From a virus (taxonomy: Duplodnaviria; Heunggongvirae; Uroviricota; Caudoviricetes): 64,000 bases of DNA. Every line of letters starts with the position of its first letter. Position 1 is the stretch's first letter. The position numbers were made by a program, and so were the translations under genes. Positions 37,244-46,861 of this stretch are shown here, piece by piece. The stretch is taken from IMG/VR virus record IMGVR_UViG_3300035659_000002. One strand, 5' to 3'. The notes beneath the pieces were generated by a model. That model made no database searches and was not told the origin of the DNA. It worked only from the letters and a program-made list of their open reading frames with translations.

Positions 37244-38931
37244 TCTTTCCGTATCAATCGAATTGTAAAATCAACCGCGCGGCCCTTGGCCTTCGGGTTG
37301 ATATCAAAATCTGCTCGTGATATTACTTCTTTAGCTATTGAAAGCCCGGCATCTCGCAATAGGGCCTTGATAATATCTTGACCATACCATGTCTTGATCA
37401 AGCTTTCCGTAGTTTCCGCGCTGAGCTTGTCATGCCATCCGATTACACGCTGTTCGATAATAAATTTTTGGATCTTCATTTCACGAGCATGGACCGGCGA
37501 ATCCTTGAACTTTGCATAAAGATCACGGGGAAAACCCTTATAGACCGCTATGCCTTGCACGCCTGGCTCTTCAAGGTCGCCAATATCGAGCGTGCTGAAT
37601 TGCCGCGTGCCAGGTTGCTTGGTCAAATAAATCTTATACAATCCTGATTTTAACCGCTTGAAATAAAGCCATTTATCACCGGGAGGGCGAACGCGGAGAT
37701 GCAAGAACTTGGCTCTACTCGCCGGTGTCGTTAAATTTTTTCGTCGTTTTTCAAGCTTGGCCTTGCCCGGACAGCTCTTGCAATCCCCCGAGCATTTATT
37801 TTTCGCTAGAAACTTCCGTTTTCGTTCCGCTCGAAGCTTGTATTTTTTCTTGGTCATGTATTCTTCCATCGTGGGTTGAGACTTGAGGGCCGCTATTTTT
37901 TCTCGTGTTAATTGTTTATTTTTCTCTAAACTGCCCAATTCATCAAGTAACTTCAACACGTCACAATCGAGAGAACGCAAACACCATGCATCAATCATTT
38001 CCGCAGCACGCTCATCCGGTTCTATCACCGAGCATCGAGGTGGTGTTTCTGCGAGCATTTCATCGTGCCGCTTCTTGGCTTGCTCGTATGTCAAATAACA
38101 CGTCATTTCCGGTCCCGGTTCTTCCGTGGGCATGTATATTTTAGTCACGGCAAAATTATATCGTGGGAGAGTAATTGCTTTTTGATAGCCCTGCACGATT
38201 TTTGACATGACGATCTTTCGTCGTTTCCTGACCTTGAGGTTCTCGATGATTTTGGAATAATATCGCGGGACAGGGCCTTTAACGACATAATAGGTAACCG
38301 TGAACTCCCCGTTAATTGAAAATTGACCAACGGGAGCAATGATCATGACTTCGTGCCTTCCCGGTTTCTCGGGACGAACCAAGGTATAGACCATGGGAAA
38401 TTGCCCTTGTTGGTTACGCATGATCCATGTATTGAATGCCAGGGTTGCGGCATTCCCATATCGTGTCTTGTAAAACTTTGCATTCAATTCAGCACGTTCC
38501 TTGATTTCTTTATCCGCGATCACTTTAGCTGCGGTCCAAACCTTATCGGCAGTCATCTCTATCGCCTTCTTGTCCAATTTAGTATCAGGAAAAGTTTCTT
38601 TATGGATACGCTTGAGGTCACGGATCAAGTCATTCCTAATGTCATCTCTATTCTTGAAATGAGATGATGTCAATTGGTGTGCAATACCTTCAACAATCCA
38701 TTTTTGATAATTGATGATATATTTCGAGAAACCCAGGGAATATTCATCGGGATCTGCCATGGCTGCGTTCATCAAGGTGAATTTCTTCAAGTATGCATCA
38801 AGCCCTGCCTTGCTCGTAAAGGTTTTGCTTTCGATATTACCATCCTCGTAAAAATAAACGTCGGCATTGAATTTATCCCCTTGCTGTTCCCACGTAATGA
38901 ATGCTTGTTGGGAATGCACTTCATGTTTCAT
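37240..38931 (-). CDS. Large basic hypothetical mosaic protein with a Cys cluster
   Basis: 563-aa ORF; CSGDCKSC motif; ATGA overlap with the downstream gene. Confidence 0.75.
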   Translation of the reverse strand: MKHEVHSQQAFITWEQQGDKFNADVYFYEDGNIESKTFTSKAGLDAYLKKFTLMNAAMADPDEYSLGFSKYIINYQKWIVEGIAHQLTSSHFKNRDDIRNDLIRDLKRIHKETFPDTKLDKKAIEMTADKVWTAAKVIADKEIKERAELNAKFYKTRYGNAATLAFNTWIMRNQQGQFPMVYTLVRPEKPGRHEVMIIAPVGQFSINGEFTVTYYVVKGPVPRYYSKIIENLKVRKRRKIVMSKIVQGYQKAITLPRYNFAVTKIYMPTEEPGPEMTCYLTYEQAKKRHDEMLAETPPRCSVIEPDERAAEMIDAWCLRSLDCDVLKLLDELGSLEKNKQLTREKIAALKSQPTMEEYMTKKKYKLRAERKRKFLAKNKCSGDCKSCPGKAKLEKRRKNLTTPASRAKFLHLRVRPPGDKWLYFKRLKSGLYKIYLTKQPGTRQFSTLDIGDLEEPGVQGIAVYKGFPRDLYAKFKDSPVHAREMKIQKFIIEQRVIGWHDKLSAETTESLIKTWYGQDIIKALLRDAGLSIAKEVISRADFDINPKAKGRAVDFTIRLIRKE

Positions 38932-39761
38932 GATTAATAGCAGCCCTTTGTCGATTGACTTAAATGGCGACTAACAATGTAATAAATCTTTTTGATCTTT
39001 TTGAATGAATTTTTTTGTCGGGATTCAATTGGCAAAACAAGGAATAACATCCCCTTTCACACCTTCAAGAACTGATTTTTTTGAATATATTTCATGTAAA
39101 AACTATATAGGCCGGTCATGAACTTCATCATGCCTGCACTTGTTAGAAGCCAAAATGCCCATGTTGGCAAATGTTGGGAAATGTTGGTTTTTTATTGGGA
39201 TTTTGTTAGCAAAAAAAATGCATTATAATGCATCATGAAGTCATATATATAATATATTATTATTATTATTATTATAATAACATCATAACATGGTTTTTCT
39301 TCCCTTACACGGGCAGGTATTTAATAATTTTATATGTATGTATATATGTGTGAAAAAAATTTTATTTAATAAATCTTTCCCCCTTGTTTTTGTGTGTTGC
39401 ATGTTGTGCTGTTGGCGAAAAGTTCAAGCGGTAAATTTCGGGAAGCTATCGGCCATGGAGGTCAAACTCTGCCAACATGAACTTGATCATTTTGCCAACA
39501 CCGGTAACATCCGATATCAAAATATTGACAAAAAATATTCATCGTTTTCTTTTGCCCGAAGCGCGTGTAGTTAAAATCGTCGTGATAATATAACAAATTC
39601 ATTGCACGAGTTTTTCAAATTTAACAATTCCAGGGCCTGGTATCGGCGTATAGAGATATAAAGAAACCGGCGATAAAAAAATCATGTTGCTTTTCCTGAC
39701 ATGAAAAGAAAATTTAATGCATTAGCATGAGGATTTAGACCACCCATTCTGATACCATTGG
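38932..39761. other. ~830-bp non-coding region, candidate replication origin or control region
   Basis: ATGTTGG x3 at 10-bp spacing (39161, 39171, 39181); TGTTGGC at 39410; inverted GCCAACA at 39471 and 39494; perfect palindrome ATGCATTATAATGCAT at 39218-39233; (TAT)7 at 39255-39275. Confidence 0.55.
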
Positions 39762-40058
39762 TCATTGTTTTTCAAAAGGAATGAAAATTGAATATTTATC
39801 ATCGTGAACGCCTAAATGCATATTCTGGAAAGTCGGTTTTATATATTCGTATAATTTTTTTAACGATTTCACATGAACACTCGATTTCACGTTTCGCAAA
39901 TCATGTAAATTGATTGTCGTGTATAAAACACCCCAGGACATTTTATAATTGCATCGTTTAACGAGATGTTTGATCCATCCCTTTCGGTGCTGTCCGATAA
40001 CTCGTTGTCCTTGTTCGATTTGCTCGTTGAAAAGCATTTCGATAGTTTTTGTTTCCAT
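39762..40058 (-). CDS. Hypothetical protein
   Basis: 98-aa ORF co-oriented with the RHH gene upstream. Confidence 0.65.
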   Translation of the reverse strand: METKTIEMLFNEQIEQGQRVIGQHRKGWIKHLVKRCNYKMSWGVLYTTINLHDLRNVKSSVHVKSLKKLYEYIKPTFQNMHLGVHDDKYSIFIPFEKQ

Positions 40059-40069
40059 TTGAGTCTCCT

Positions 40070-40318
40070 TTATTTTCTATCTGACGAAATTTGCTCGTTG
40101 TCGGGTTTATTATAATCCTTTTCAGGAATTTCAACACGTGTTACACCATATTCATCCGTGTGTTGATTTTTGATTTCCTCAACGGTTTCGGCCAGGTAAT
40201 GTTCGATAGATTCCCGGATTATACACGAACGAGATTTCTCTAATTTTTTCATTGCTGCCTCGATCCTCTGAATCAAGGTGATCGGGCATTCAAAACTGAT
40301 GATTTCGCGTTGTCTCAT
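40070..40318 (-). CDS. CopG/RHH family regulator
   Basis: IISFECPITLIQRIEAAMKKLEKSRSCIIRESIEHYL; AT-rich TATA-like region upstream. Confidence 0.85.
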   Translation of the reverse strand: MRQREIISFECPITLIQRIEAAMKKLEKSRSCIIRESIEHYLAETVEEIKNQHTDEYGVTRVEIPEKDYNKPDNEQISSDRK

Positions 40319-40389
40319 GATGTATCAAATATTTAATAAATTTAGTATTAAATAAATCTGCTGAATCATCAATTTCGTGCATAAAAAAA

Positions 40390-42078
40390 TTAGAAAGGAG
40401 TAGGACCGCCCTTTACATACCCCGCACGTTCCATTGCACGCGAGACTTTTTTAAATTGCGTCCATCGTTTTGCAAGGTATCCACTTTCACCAGGTTGTTT
40501 ATGGATACCGGTTTCGGAAGCCATATCTCGGATTTGGCACGCACGAGCATAGATTTTCGGATAGGATAATTTCAATTGGTGATAGTATTGCCATGAAGCG
40601 AATGGACAAAGCATACAGCCGTGCCTACCGAAAAACTCGGAGTTAGGATTCCGTTTGATGTCATGTCGAGCAAGCATCGCCAGGTCATCCTCATGGGAGA
40701 GTTTGAACACCGGGAGCATGTCAAACACGCGCATGACTGAACGATTAGTTATTGTCCCGTTTTGCATGAGTCGTTGCCATTGATTCATGTCGGTTGATGG
40801 CCAATTAGCAAGCCATTCTTTACCACCACGCATGACCCGTTCTCCCAATGCTTGATTTTGCTTGGCTTTGGCCTTTTCTTCTTTTTCCCGTTTTTTTCGT
40901 TCCTTTTCCTCGGGTGTCTCTTCATACGGCGGAGGCAAGGATAAGAAACTCGGGGTTGCATAGGGGTTCAATGATGCCCGACCCTCCGACTGAAATGCTT
41001 GCATTCCCAAGAATTGAAGGATGTCCACGTAGTCGCCCGGTTCGAGTTTTTCATAGAAAATCTCCTTGAGAAGCTTCTTATACGGGTTCAATTTCATTTT
41101 AAGGGTACACCAACGCTTATCCTCACGAGGATACATGGCTGAACGCTCGTAATATGTCTCCGCGTCATCTTGCGGGACAACAACGACCAAGGGAATTTTC
41201 ACCTTGAAAATATTAGCCAATGCTTGCACGTAATATTTCACGTAGTCATATTCGTCCATTTGTTCGGTGGGCAATTCGGTGTAATAACAAAAGTCAAACG
41301 GGATGTGTAATTCGAGTAACATGATTAACATAGCAACGGAATGTTCGGCCCCGTGAATCGACACGATCCTGGCCAATCGTTTGGTCCTGATGACATCATT
41401 CGCAATGTTATCCAGGCCTGCACGGTCGATGCCAAATAGTTCCACGAGATGAGGTTTCCATTTATAAAAATAATCCTCGGTTTCTTCGGTCTTGCCTTCA
41501 ACGGCCCATGGTATTTTAAAGCTATCATCAGGTTGAATATTCAATCCTCTTATATAATTTCTATTTGCCTCGATGCGTGCAACGTTCGCCGGATCAAGAA
41601 CGGGAACTTTATAATGCTCGCCCCGTTGGGACATCACACCCAATGAATCATTATGTAAATCAAATTCCCGCGTGGTTTCAAAATGGGTTACCATGTCATG
41701 AAATTCTTTCGGCCATCTTGCAACCTGGTCTGGAGTGAAGATCGCCGTAATCTTTTCCTTTTCTCCTTCTATTTCATCGAGATGCATATCAACGATGGCA
41801 TCCGCTTGATCCCCTCCAATAATCTTGAATCCTTTTTCTGTTAACATGTCAGGGTGTGTTTTTTGAATTATCATATCGTGTATTTTAACTATTTGATTCG
41901 TGAATTTATTGACAAAAAACCCGGTGATGATTCCCTTCTTGACCGGTGATAATTTCACGAATACCTCGGACCTTGAATATTTTTTTGACATCCTGGCCTT
42001 GTGGATTGTTGCTTTGGTAGTTTCGGACGCGGCCGCTCGGTTCTTTCGACCGTGTTTTCTTTTGAGATATTCCGACAT
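40390..42078 (-). CDS. PAPS-reductase-like (HUP fold) protein with a degenerate PP-loop and an N-terminal extension
   Basis: RWCTLKMKLNP, LGMQAFQSEGRA, PVFKLSHED and RHGCMLCPF motifs; SGGKDS replaced by IHGAEHS. Confidence 0.75.
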   Translation of the reverse strand: MSEYLKRKHGRKNRAAASETTKATIHKARMSKKYSRSEVFVKLSPVKKGIITGFFVNKFTNQIVKIHDMIIQKTHPDMLTEKGFKIIGGDQADAIVDMHLDEIEGEKEKITAIFTPDQVARWPKEFHDMVTHFETTREFDLHNDSLGVMSQRGEHYKVPVLDPANVARIEANRNYIRGLNIQPDDSFKIPWAVEGKTEETEDYFYKWKPHLVELFGIDRAGLDNIANDVIRTKRLARIVSIHGAEHSVAMLIMLLELHIPFDFCYYTELPTEQMDEYDYVKYYVQALANIFKVKIPLVVVVPQDDAETYYERSAMYPREDKRWCTLKMKLNPYKKLLKEIFYEKLEPGDYVDILQFLGMQAFQSEGRASLNPYATPSFLSLPPPYEETPEEKERKKREKEEKAKAKQNQALGERVMRGGKEWLANWPSTDMNQWQRLMQNGTITNRSVMRVFDMLPVFKLSHEDDLAMLARHDIKRNPNSEFFGRHGCMLCPFASWQYYHQLKLSYPKIYARACQIRDMASETGIHKQPGESGYLAKRWTQFKKVSRAMERAGYVKGGPTPF

Positions 42079-42260
42079 TATTATTCATCTATTTCGATTT
42101 TTTGCCGTGGCATGATCATGTTCTTCGATCATCGAATATATTAACATGCAGGGTTGATTAAGGGAAGCCAGCATGACGAGGCCAATATTCTCATTCAAGC
42201 CCTCCCGTCATGTCGAGGCATAGCAGAGGCATAGCAGGGATGAAAAAAGATCAAATGATG

Positions 42261-42626
42261 TCAGTCAAACGCCATGCGAAGCAAATCGGCCACTTCCTTG
42301 CTTCCAACCGCGTAATTTATGTAATTCTTCAATGCTGCCTTCGCCAGCATTTTGGTCGGGAATTTTCCGAGCGGATTCGTGTCCACGTTGTAATCAGCAT
42401 ATATCTCGGATATGTTCACTTCAAACCCGACCCCGGCCCCGCTCGTATTCATTTCCATCTGCAGGTATGCGCCGATTGCTTCGGTAGCGACGTTCTTCGG
42501 CGTTACCTTGAACTTGAAGGCATGGATGGTGTTTTTTTCGCCAAACCGGTCGATGAAGGTGAGTTTTGTCCACGTGCTTGTTTTGGGAATAGATTTCAAT
42601 GCTTCATCGTATGATATATTTGCCAT
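42261..42626 (-). CDS. Hypothetical protein
   Basis: 121-aa ORF with protein-like composition, followed by a T-tract. Confidence 0.7.
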   Translation of the reverse strand: MANISYDEALKSIPKTSTWTKLTFIDRFGEKNTIHAFKFKVTPKNVATEAIGAYLQMEMNTSGAGVGFEVNISEIYADYNVDTNPLGKFPTKMLAKAALKNYINYAVGSKEVADLLRMAFD

Positions 42627-42863
42627 ATAATTACCTTATTTGAATGGGGTTAATAAATGTTGCTCCGGGGAGAATGGCGACTACGTTGGAAATCCACCAC
42701 GACAACGAATAGCAACCGATACGGATGTTCCATTCCTGGCCTTTCCGGGTTTTCGGTTTTTCCCGTTACCATTTTCCTTCAAAAATGGCTCGTGAAACTA
42801 CTTGCTACGCGGGATCAACCTCATCGCCAAATAACTATACGATCAAGTCGGTTATAAAAATAT

Positions 42864-43037
42864 CTAACAAATGTGGTCGCATCGTGGATAGTCGCAAAGT
42901 TTAATAGAGCCTTTGAAATTCATCCGGTCGATGCAAATATCCCAAATTCCATCCGTGATACATTTCGAGCAACATGCAGTTTCAATATGAATTTTCCCGT
43001 GTATATCAGTTAACAGATATTGAAATTCTCGTGTCAT
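42864..43037 (-). CDS. 57-aa Cys-rich microprotein
   Basis: Hand translation MTREFQYLL...CCSKC...CDYPRCDHIC*; begins 2 nt after the stop of 43040-43645. Confidence 0.5.
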   Translation of the reverse strand: MTREFQYLLTDIHGKIHIETACCSKCITDGIWDICIDRMNFKGSIKLCDYPRCDHIC

Positions 43038-43039
43038 GA

Positions 43040-43645
43040 TTAGCTTCCCATGTCGAGATGCAAGATGCCTGATTGCACGTCGAAGGTCAAATGCTCGATG
43101 AATAATTGATTGATATAATGTCCCCAGATCCCGTATTTACCATCGGAACGCGGCCGATTATCAATCGGATAACCTTCGGGCCTGGGTTCTATTTTTCCTG
43201 TTTTCTCCTCGTCGTCATATATCTTGGAATATCCATCGTGGATGCATTCGAGGATCTTTCGACGGGAAAATCCTTGTGGTGATTCATAATCAAATGCTAC
43301 CGGATTCTTTAATGGATAAATGAATTGTATGGTGATCTTGGGCTTTTCAATGACGATCTTCTTTGCATCTATCAGGTCATCTATTTCTTTTGAAAGACAA
43401 CCGACCACGCGAGCAGAATCCATTTCATTAGGAGCATCCTTGATCCATGTCATGATATTGAACTCGACTTTTAACAAATGAGCATTATCATCCTTGGTTT
43501 CACTAATGAACGTGGCAGCCCGCCAATTTATCAAATAATCCACGGCTTCACTAAAATCAATGCCAAGCTCTTGAGAAATTGTTTTCAACCGAGAGTATGC
43601 CCAATGATGCATTCTAATTTTTATTTCTTTGACTTTATTTGCCAT
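43040..43645 (-). CDS. N-terminal RHH domain fused to an uncharacterised domain (GKYGIWGH motif)
   Basis: IKIRMHHWAYSRLKTISQELGIDFSEAVDYLI is an RHH pattern. Confidence 0.75.
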   Translation of the reverse strand: MANKVKEIKIRMHHWAYSRLKTISQELGIDFSEAVDYLINWRAATFISETKDDNAHLLKVEFNIMTWIKDAPNEMDSARVVGCLSKEIDDLIDAKKIVIEKPKITIQFIYPLKNPVAFDYESPQGFSRRKILECIHDGYSKIYDDEEKTGKIEPRPEGYPIDNRPRSDGKYGIWGHYINQLFIEHLTFDVQSGILHLDMGS

Positions 43646-43680
43646 GATTAACTATTTGATTTTTCATCAATATAAAACTT

Positions 43681-43705
43681 GTGGCACGGGTGGTACAAGT
43701 GCCAC
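43681..43705. promoter_or_regulatory. Inverted repeat GTGGCAC-N11-GTGCCAC directly upstream of a TATA-like box (AAGTTTTATATTG, minus strand)
   Basis: Read directly; could be an operator for the adjacent RHH fusion or a terminator hairpin. Confidence 0.45.
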
Positions 43706-43779
43706 GAAAAAAGATGCCAGGCAAAAATTCGATGAAAAATTGCAAGGCAATATTCCATTATTATATTATTAACTCATTA

Positions 43780-44817
43780 TTAACTCGGTCCTGTTTCTTG
43801 ATCGGCAAATGCCCCTGACGGATATTCCCAATGTTTCACGAACACGGGCTGATAGTAATTCTCGGAATTGACTTGCTGAATGTCCTCGGGATTCATGTGG
43901 AATGGCGTGCCTTTCATTGCGTAGTCAAGAATTGATTGATTGATATAACTCTTAACACCGTTTATCGTTTTAGTTTTATACTTGATTGATCTATCAAATT
44001 CACTTTCATGATTGAACATTTGCCAAAAACAATTCGGGTCAACATGCATCAGGGATGCGAATTGATCGGGCTTGCCGAATATACAACCGGCGCATGAGCA
44101 TCGACCCCATCCCATTTTATAACAGGGGTGAGGATTGATATTCCATCGTTCAATGATTTTCCATACTTCCGTGATGTCCCAATTGAACACCGGTCGCCAC
44201 GCGTCAACATATCGGTTCGATTTTTCTCTTTTCGATTCATTAACTTTCATTTTAGATCGGGCGGTATCGCAATGATCCATGATTTCAAATTGTTTATATT
44301 TAGAACGTGCCACGGATTCTTGCGCGCGTTCGCCGGTGATCATGAGAGTCTTTTTGTTATTGAATCGTGCTTGATTATTCATTGCCGCACGACCAGCTTC
44401 GATCTTGAGATAGGCACTACACCATCTATATCTTAATTTACTCGTGACCATGGGAAACAATCGACGTGTTGATTTTTTGCCGCCTTTGCCGCCTGATTCT
44501 TTAATCTGGCCACCCGGCACTTCAAATCGGATAGGTAATGTTTTCCTGTTTTCTCGAAGCATCTCGCCACGAAACCCGCCGGTTCGCCACGAGTAATAAA
44601 TCGGCAACCCGAGGGCATTGGCCACGGCACGACAATAACCCGGAGTTACCGTCCAATCCATAAAATGCCCGGATTCCCGGCCATCGACTTCATGATGCCA
44701 TAGCTCGATCTTCTCTTTCGGGACACCGAGTTCGAGGAGATGCAAGATACATGCCAGGGAATCCTTGCCGCCGGAGAAGGCAACGATAATATAATCATAT
44801 TGATCGGGATTTACCAT
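43780..44817 (-). CDS. PAPS-reductase family protein with an intact PP-loop
   Basis: FSGGKDS, RWCSAYLKI, TGERAQES, RPV..W and RCSCAGCIFG motifs. Confidence 0.9.
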   Translation of the reverse strand: MVNPDQYDYIIVAFSGGKDSLACILHLLELGVPKEKIELWHHEVDGRESGHFMDWTVTPGYCRAVANALGLPIYYSWRTGGFRGEMLRENRKTLPIRFEVPGGQIKESGGKGGKKSTRRLFPMVTSKLRYRWCSAYLKIEAGRAAMNNQARFNNKKTLMITGERAQESVARSKYKQFEIMDHCDTARSKMKVNESKREKSNRYVDAWRPVFNWDITEVWKIIERWNINPHPCYKMGWGRCSCAGCIFGKPDQFASLMHVDPNCFWQMFNHESEFDRSIKYKTKTINGVKSYINQSILDYAMKGTPFHMNPEDIQQVNSENYYQPVFVKHWEYPSGAFADQETGPS

Positions 44818-44819
44818 GA

Positions 44820-45086
44820 TTATCCTCTAATTCGTCCCATGTATAAATTATATCTATCTAAAGGAAGTCTTTTGTTCAATGCTTTGACCCTGAACATGAT
44901 CTGAACGGTTCTAAAATAATATTTGAACTTGTAATGTGTTTCTTCATCAATTTCTTTCATCAATTTCAAGGCATTTGCCTTTTCTTTAGCAATCTCCTCC
45001 TTTTTTAATGGATACTCATTAACTTTTGAAAAGGACAGCGATTCTCCTTTTATTTTATAATTTCTATATGCAGCTGCTTTAGGCAC
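44820..45086 (-). CDS. Small basic hypothetical protein
   Basis: 88-aa ORF in a tightly packed run. Confidence 0.65.
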   Translation of the reverse strand: MPKAAAYRNYKIKGESLSFSKVNEYPLKKEEIAKEKANALKLMKEIDEETHYKFKYYFRTVQIMFRVKALNKRLPLDRYNLYMGRIRG

Positions 45087-45092
45087 GTGCTA

Positions 45093-45614
45093 TCATCTCC
45101 GCTTTTTCTTGGGTTGTAATGATCGAATGATGCCTGCAATGATGAATACCGAGGTGAAATAAAATACCATCGGGCCAGGAGTAAATACTTGTTGGTAAAA
45201 AGCATAATCCGCCGGTGACCAGATCACATGTTGCCAAATCATTAACCCATAGAATAAATAAAATAACGACGTTATAATGATTAACCAGGGGATGCTATTT
45301 TTACCGTTCCTGAATAGAATGATGGTAACAAGTATTCCGAGAAATATATGAAAAAATGATGGCTGTAACGGTATCACGATGATGAATATAGGCACGGCGG
45401 CAATGGCCATGCTATTCATTGCTCGATTGTCAATGATCAGCGTGATAATGCTCACGATAAGAATTACCGTGCATAGATATAATATTTCGGGCCGCATCGT
45501 GAACAAGCCAATGATCGCGGCAGCGAGGCCGGAAATTATTATTACAGCAATCAGGTTCTTGGAGATGATGCGTTTGCCTTCGTGATAATAGGTTTCAATG
45601 GTTTTCTTGTCCAT
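45093..45614 (-). CDS. Multi-pass membrane protein (about 5 TM)
   Basis: Strongly hydrophobic 173-aa ORF. Confidence 0.8.
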   Translation of the reverse strand: MDKKTIETYYHEGKRIISKNLIAVIIISGLAAAIIGLFTMRPEILYLCTVILIVSIITLIIDNRAMNSMAIAAVPIFIIVIPLQPSFFHIFLGILVTIILFRNGKNSIPWLIIITSLFYLFYGLMIWQHVIWSPADYAFYQQVFTPGPMVFYFTSVFIIAGIIRSLQPKKKRR

Positions 45615-45893
45615 TTATTTCACCGGCACCCAATTATAAGTGATATGGTCATAATGCATACCCGCATGTAAATTGACAAGAATCTCTTGAAATTTTGATT
45701 TTTTAGAATTACATGCTATTAATTTTTTTTCAGCCAATTCTAATGCTGCTTTCCATAGGTCTTTATCATCAGCTTCGTTCTCGATTAAATAATTAAACAT
45801 TTCCGTACATTCTTTGATACATTTATCGAGAAACTTGATGCATCGTTGAATCTTGAAAACATGATACCATCGTCGCAATAACCACATTATCAT
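45615..45893 (-). CDS. Small helical hypothetical protein
   Basis: 92-aa ORF; overlaps its neighbours by 0-4 nt. Confidence 0.65.
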   Translation of the reverse strand: MIMWLLRRWYHVFKIQRCIKFLDKCIKECTEMFNYLIENEADDKDLWKAALELAEKKLIACNSKKSKFQEILVNLHAGMHYDHITYNWVPVK

Positions 45894-46861
45894 TCATCCT
45901 CGTGCTTGATAAAATCAAAGTGATACATTTTCAACCCGGCGGAAACGGTTGCATCGGATATAGGTAACTTGTCTTGTAATTTGGCCTTGGCATTCAATCC
46001 CCATGATATTTTTCTCCATTTCGATAATGGTCGAAAATTGCCTCCGATCAAATCTATATCCCGCACGTCTAAATCGCCACGTTGCTCGGCCTCGTATGCC
46101 ACGATTGGCGATTCATTCTGCTCGTATCCCATTTTCAATGCAATGTATTTATCAATGTAAAATGGATCGATTCCTGCCACGAGCATGTGGGACGGGTAAT
46201 ATTTGAATGCGGTGATCGGTTGCTTGAATAGTGAAACCTCGTCACCATCAATTCCTTCAACAAAATCCACGAGGTTGAAATTAGGTGGAGTTTTTGCATT
46301 AACCAAGTGTGTTACTTCGGCAATGCTTAATCCCGATTCTTTTTTATGAAACAATCGCCATTTATTCGGATCGGGAATAGACCCGTACATGTTTTTCAAG
46401 CAGCATGTCATCAACATTAAATCATGGTTCTTGGCCTTCGGAAAATTGATGATAAAATCGGCATCGAGCATTATTCTCGATAGTTTAACCGGATGGTTCT
46501 TGAAAAACACGGTCTTGGTCGCCGTGGTCGTGAGGTCGGTAACGGGGTTTTCATACCCGAGTCGAGGAGCAATCCGATCAGGCGTGAGTTCAGGATATGC
46601 CATGGCGAAATTGGTTTCCGCTTCGACAATCTGCAAATTGTTGAATCCCCGTGACCGCAGCATGTAACATAATGCATTCACGAGCGCGGGATCGGTATAA
46701 TAACGATAGGCCACTTGTGATGCCGGGGCGAGATTGACCTTGATCACGATGGACATCGAACGGGACCACAACAATGGGAACAGCCTTGCTCGGTTAAGCA
46801 AGACGCGGAGCTTGGTTCTTTTATTATCCCGCGTGACACCGGTTTCAACGTAGATGCTCAT
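45890..46861 (-). CDS. DUF362 family protein
   Basis: IVIKVNL, TDPALV, IVEAE, DFIINFPKAKNH and TCCLKNMYG motifs; start placed at MSIYVE to limit overlap with the upstream gene. Confidence 0.85.
   Translation of the reverse strand: MSIYVETGVTRDNKRTKLRVLLNRARLFPLLWSRSMSIVIKVNLAPASQVAYRYYTDPALVNALCYMLRSRGFNNLQIVEAETNFAMAYPELTPDRIAPRLGYENPVTDLTTTATKTVFFKNHPVKLSRIMLDADFIINFPKAKNHDLMLMTCCLKNMYGSIPDPNKWRLFHKKESGLSIAEVTHLVNAKTPPNFNLVDFVEGIDGDEVSLFKQPITAFKYYPSHMLVAGIDPFYIDKYIALKMGYEQNESPIVAYEAEQRGDLDVRDIDLIGGNFRPLSKWRKISWGLNAKAKLQDKLPISDATVSAGLKMYHFDFIKHEDE

Noticed and set aside
42215-42236. 11-nt tandem repeat GAGGCATAGCA x2 in an intergenic gap
   Set aside because: Too short to distinguish from slippage; no associated structure.
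42640-42860. GC-richer intergenic stretch considered as a tRNA or ncRNA
   Set aside because: No cloverleaf, T-loop or CCA pattern and no convincing ORF.
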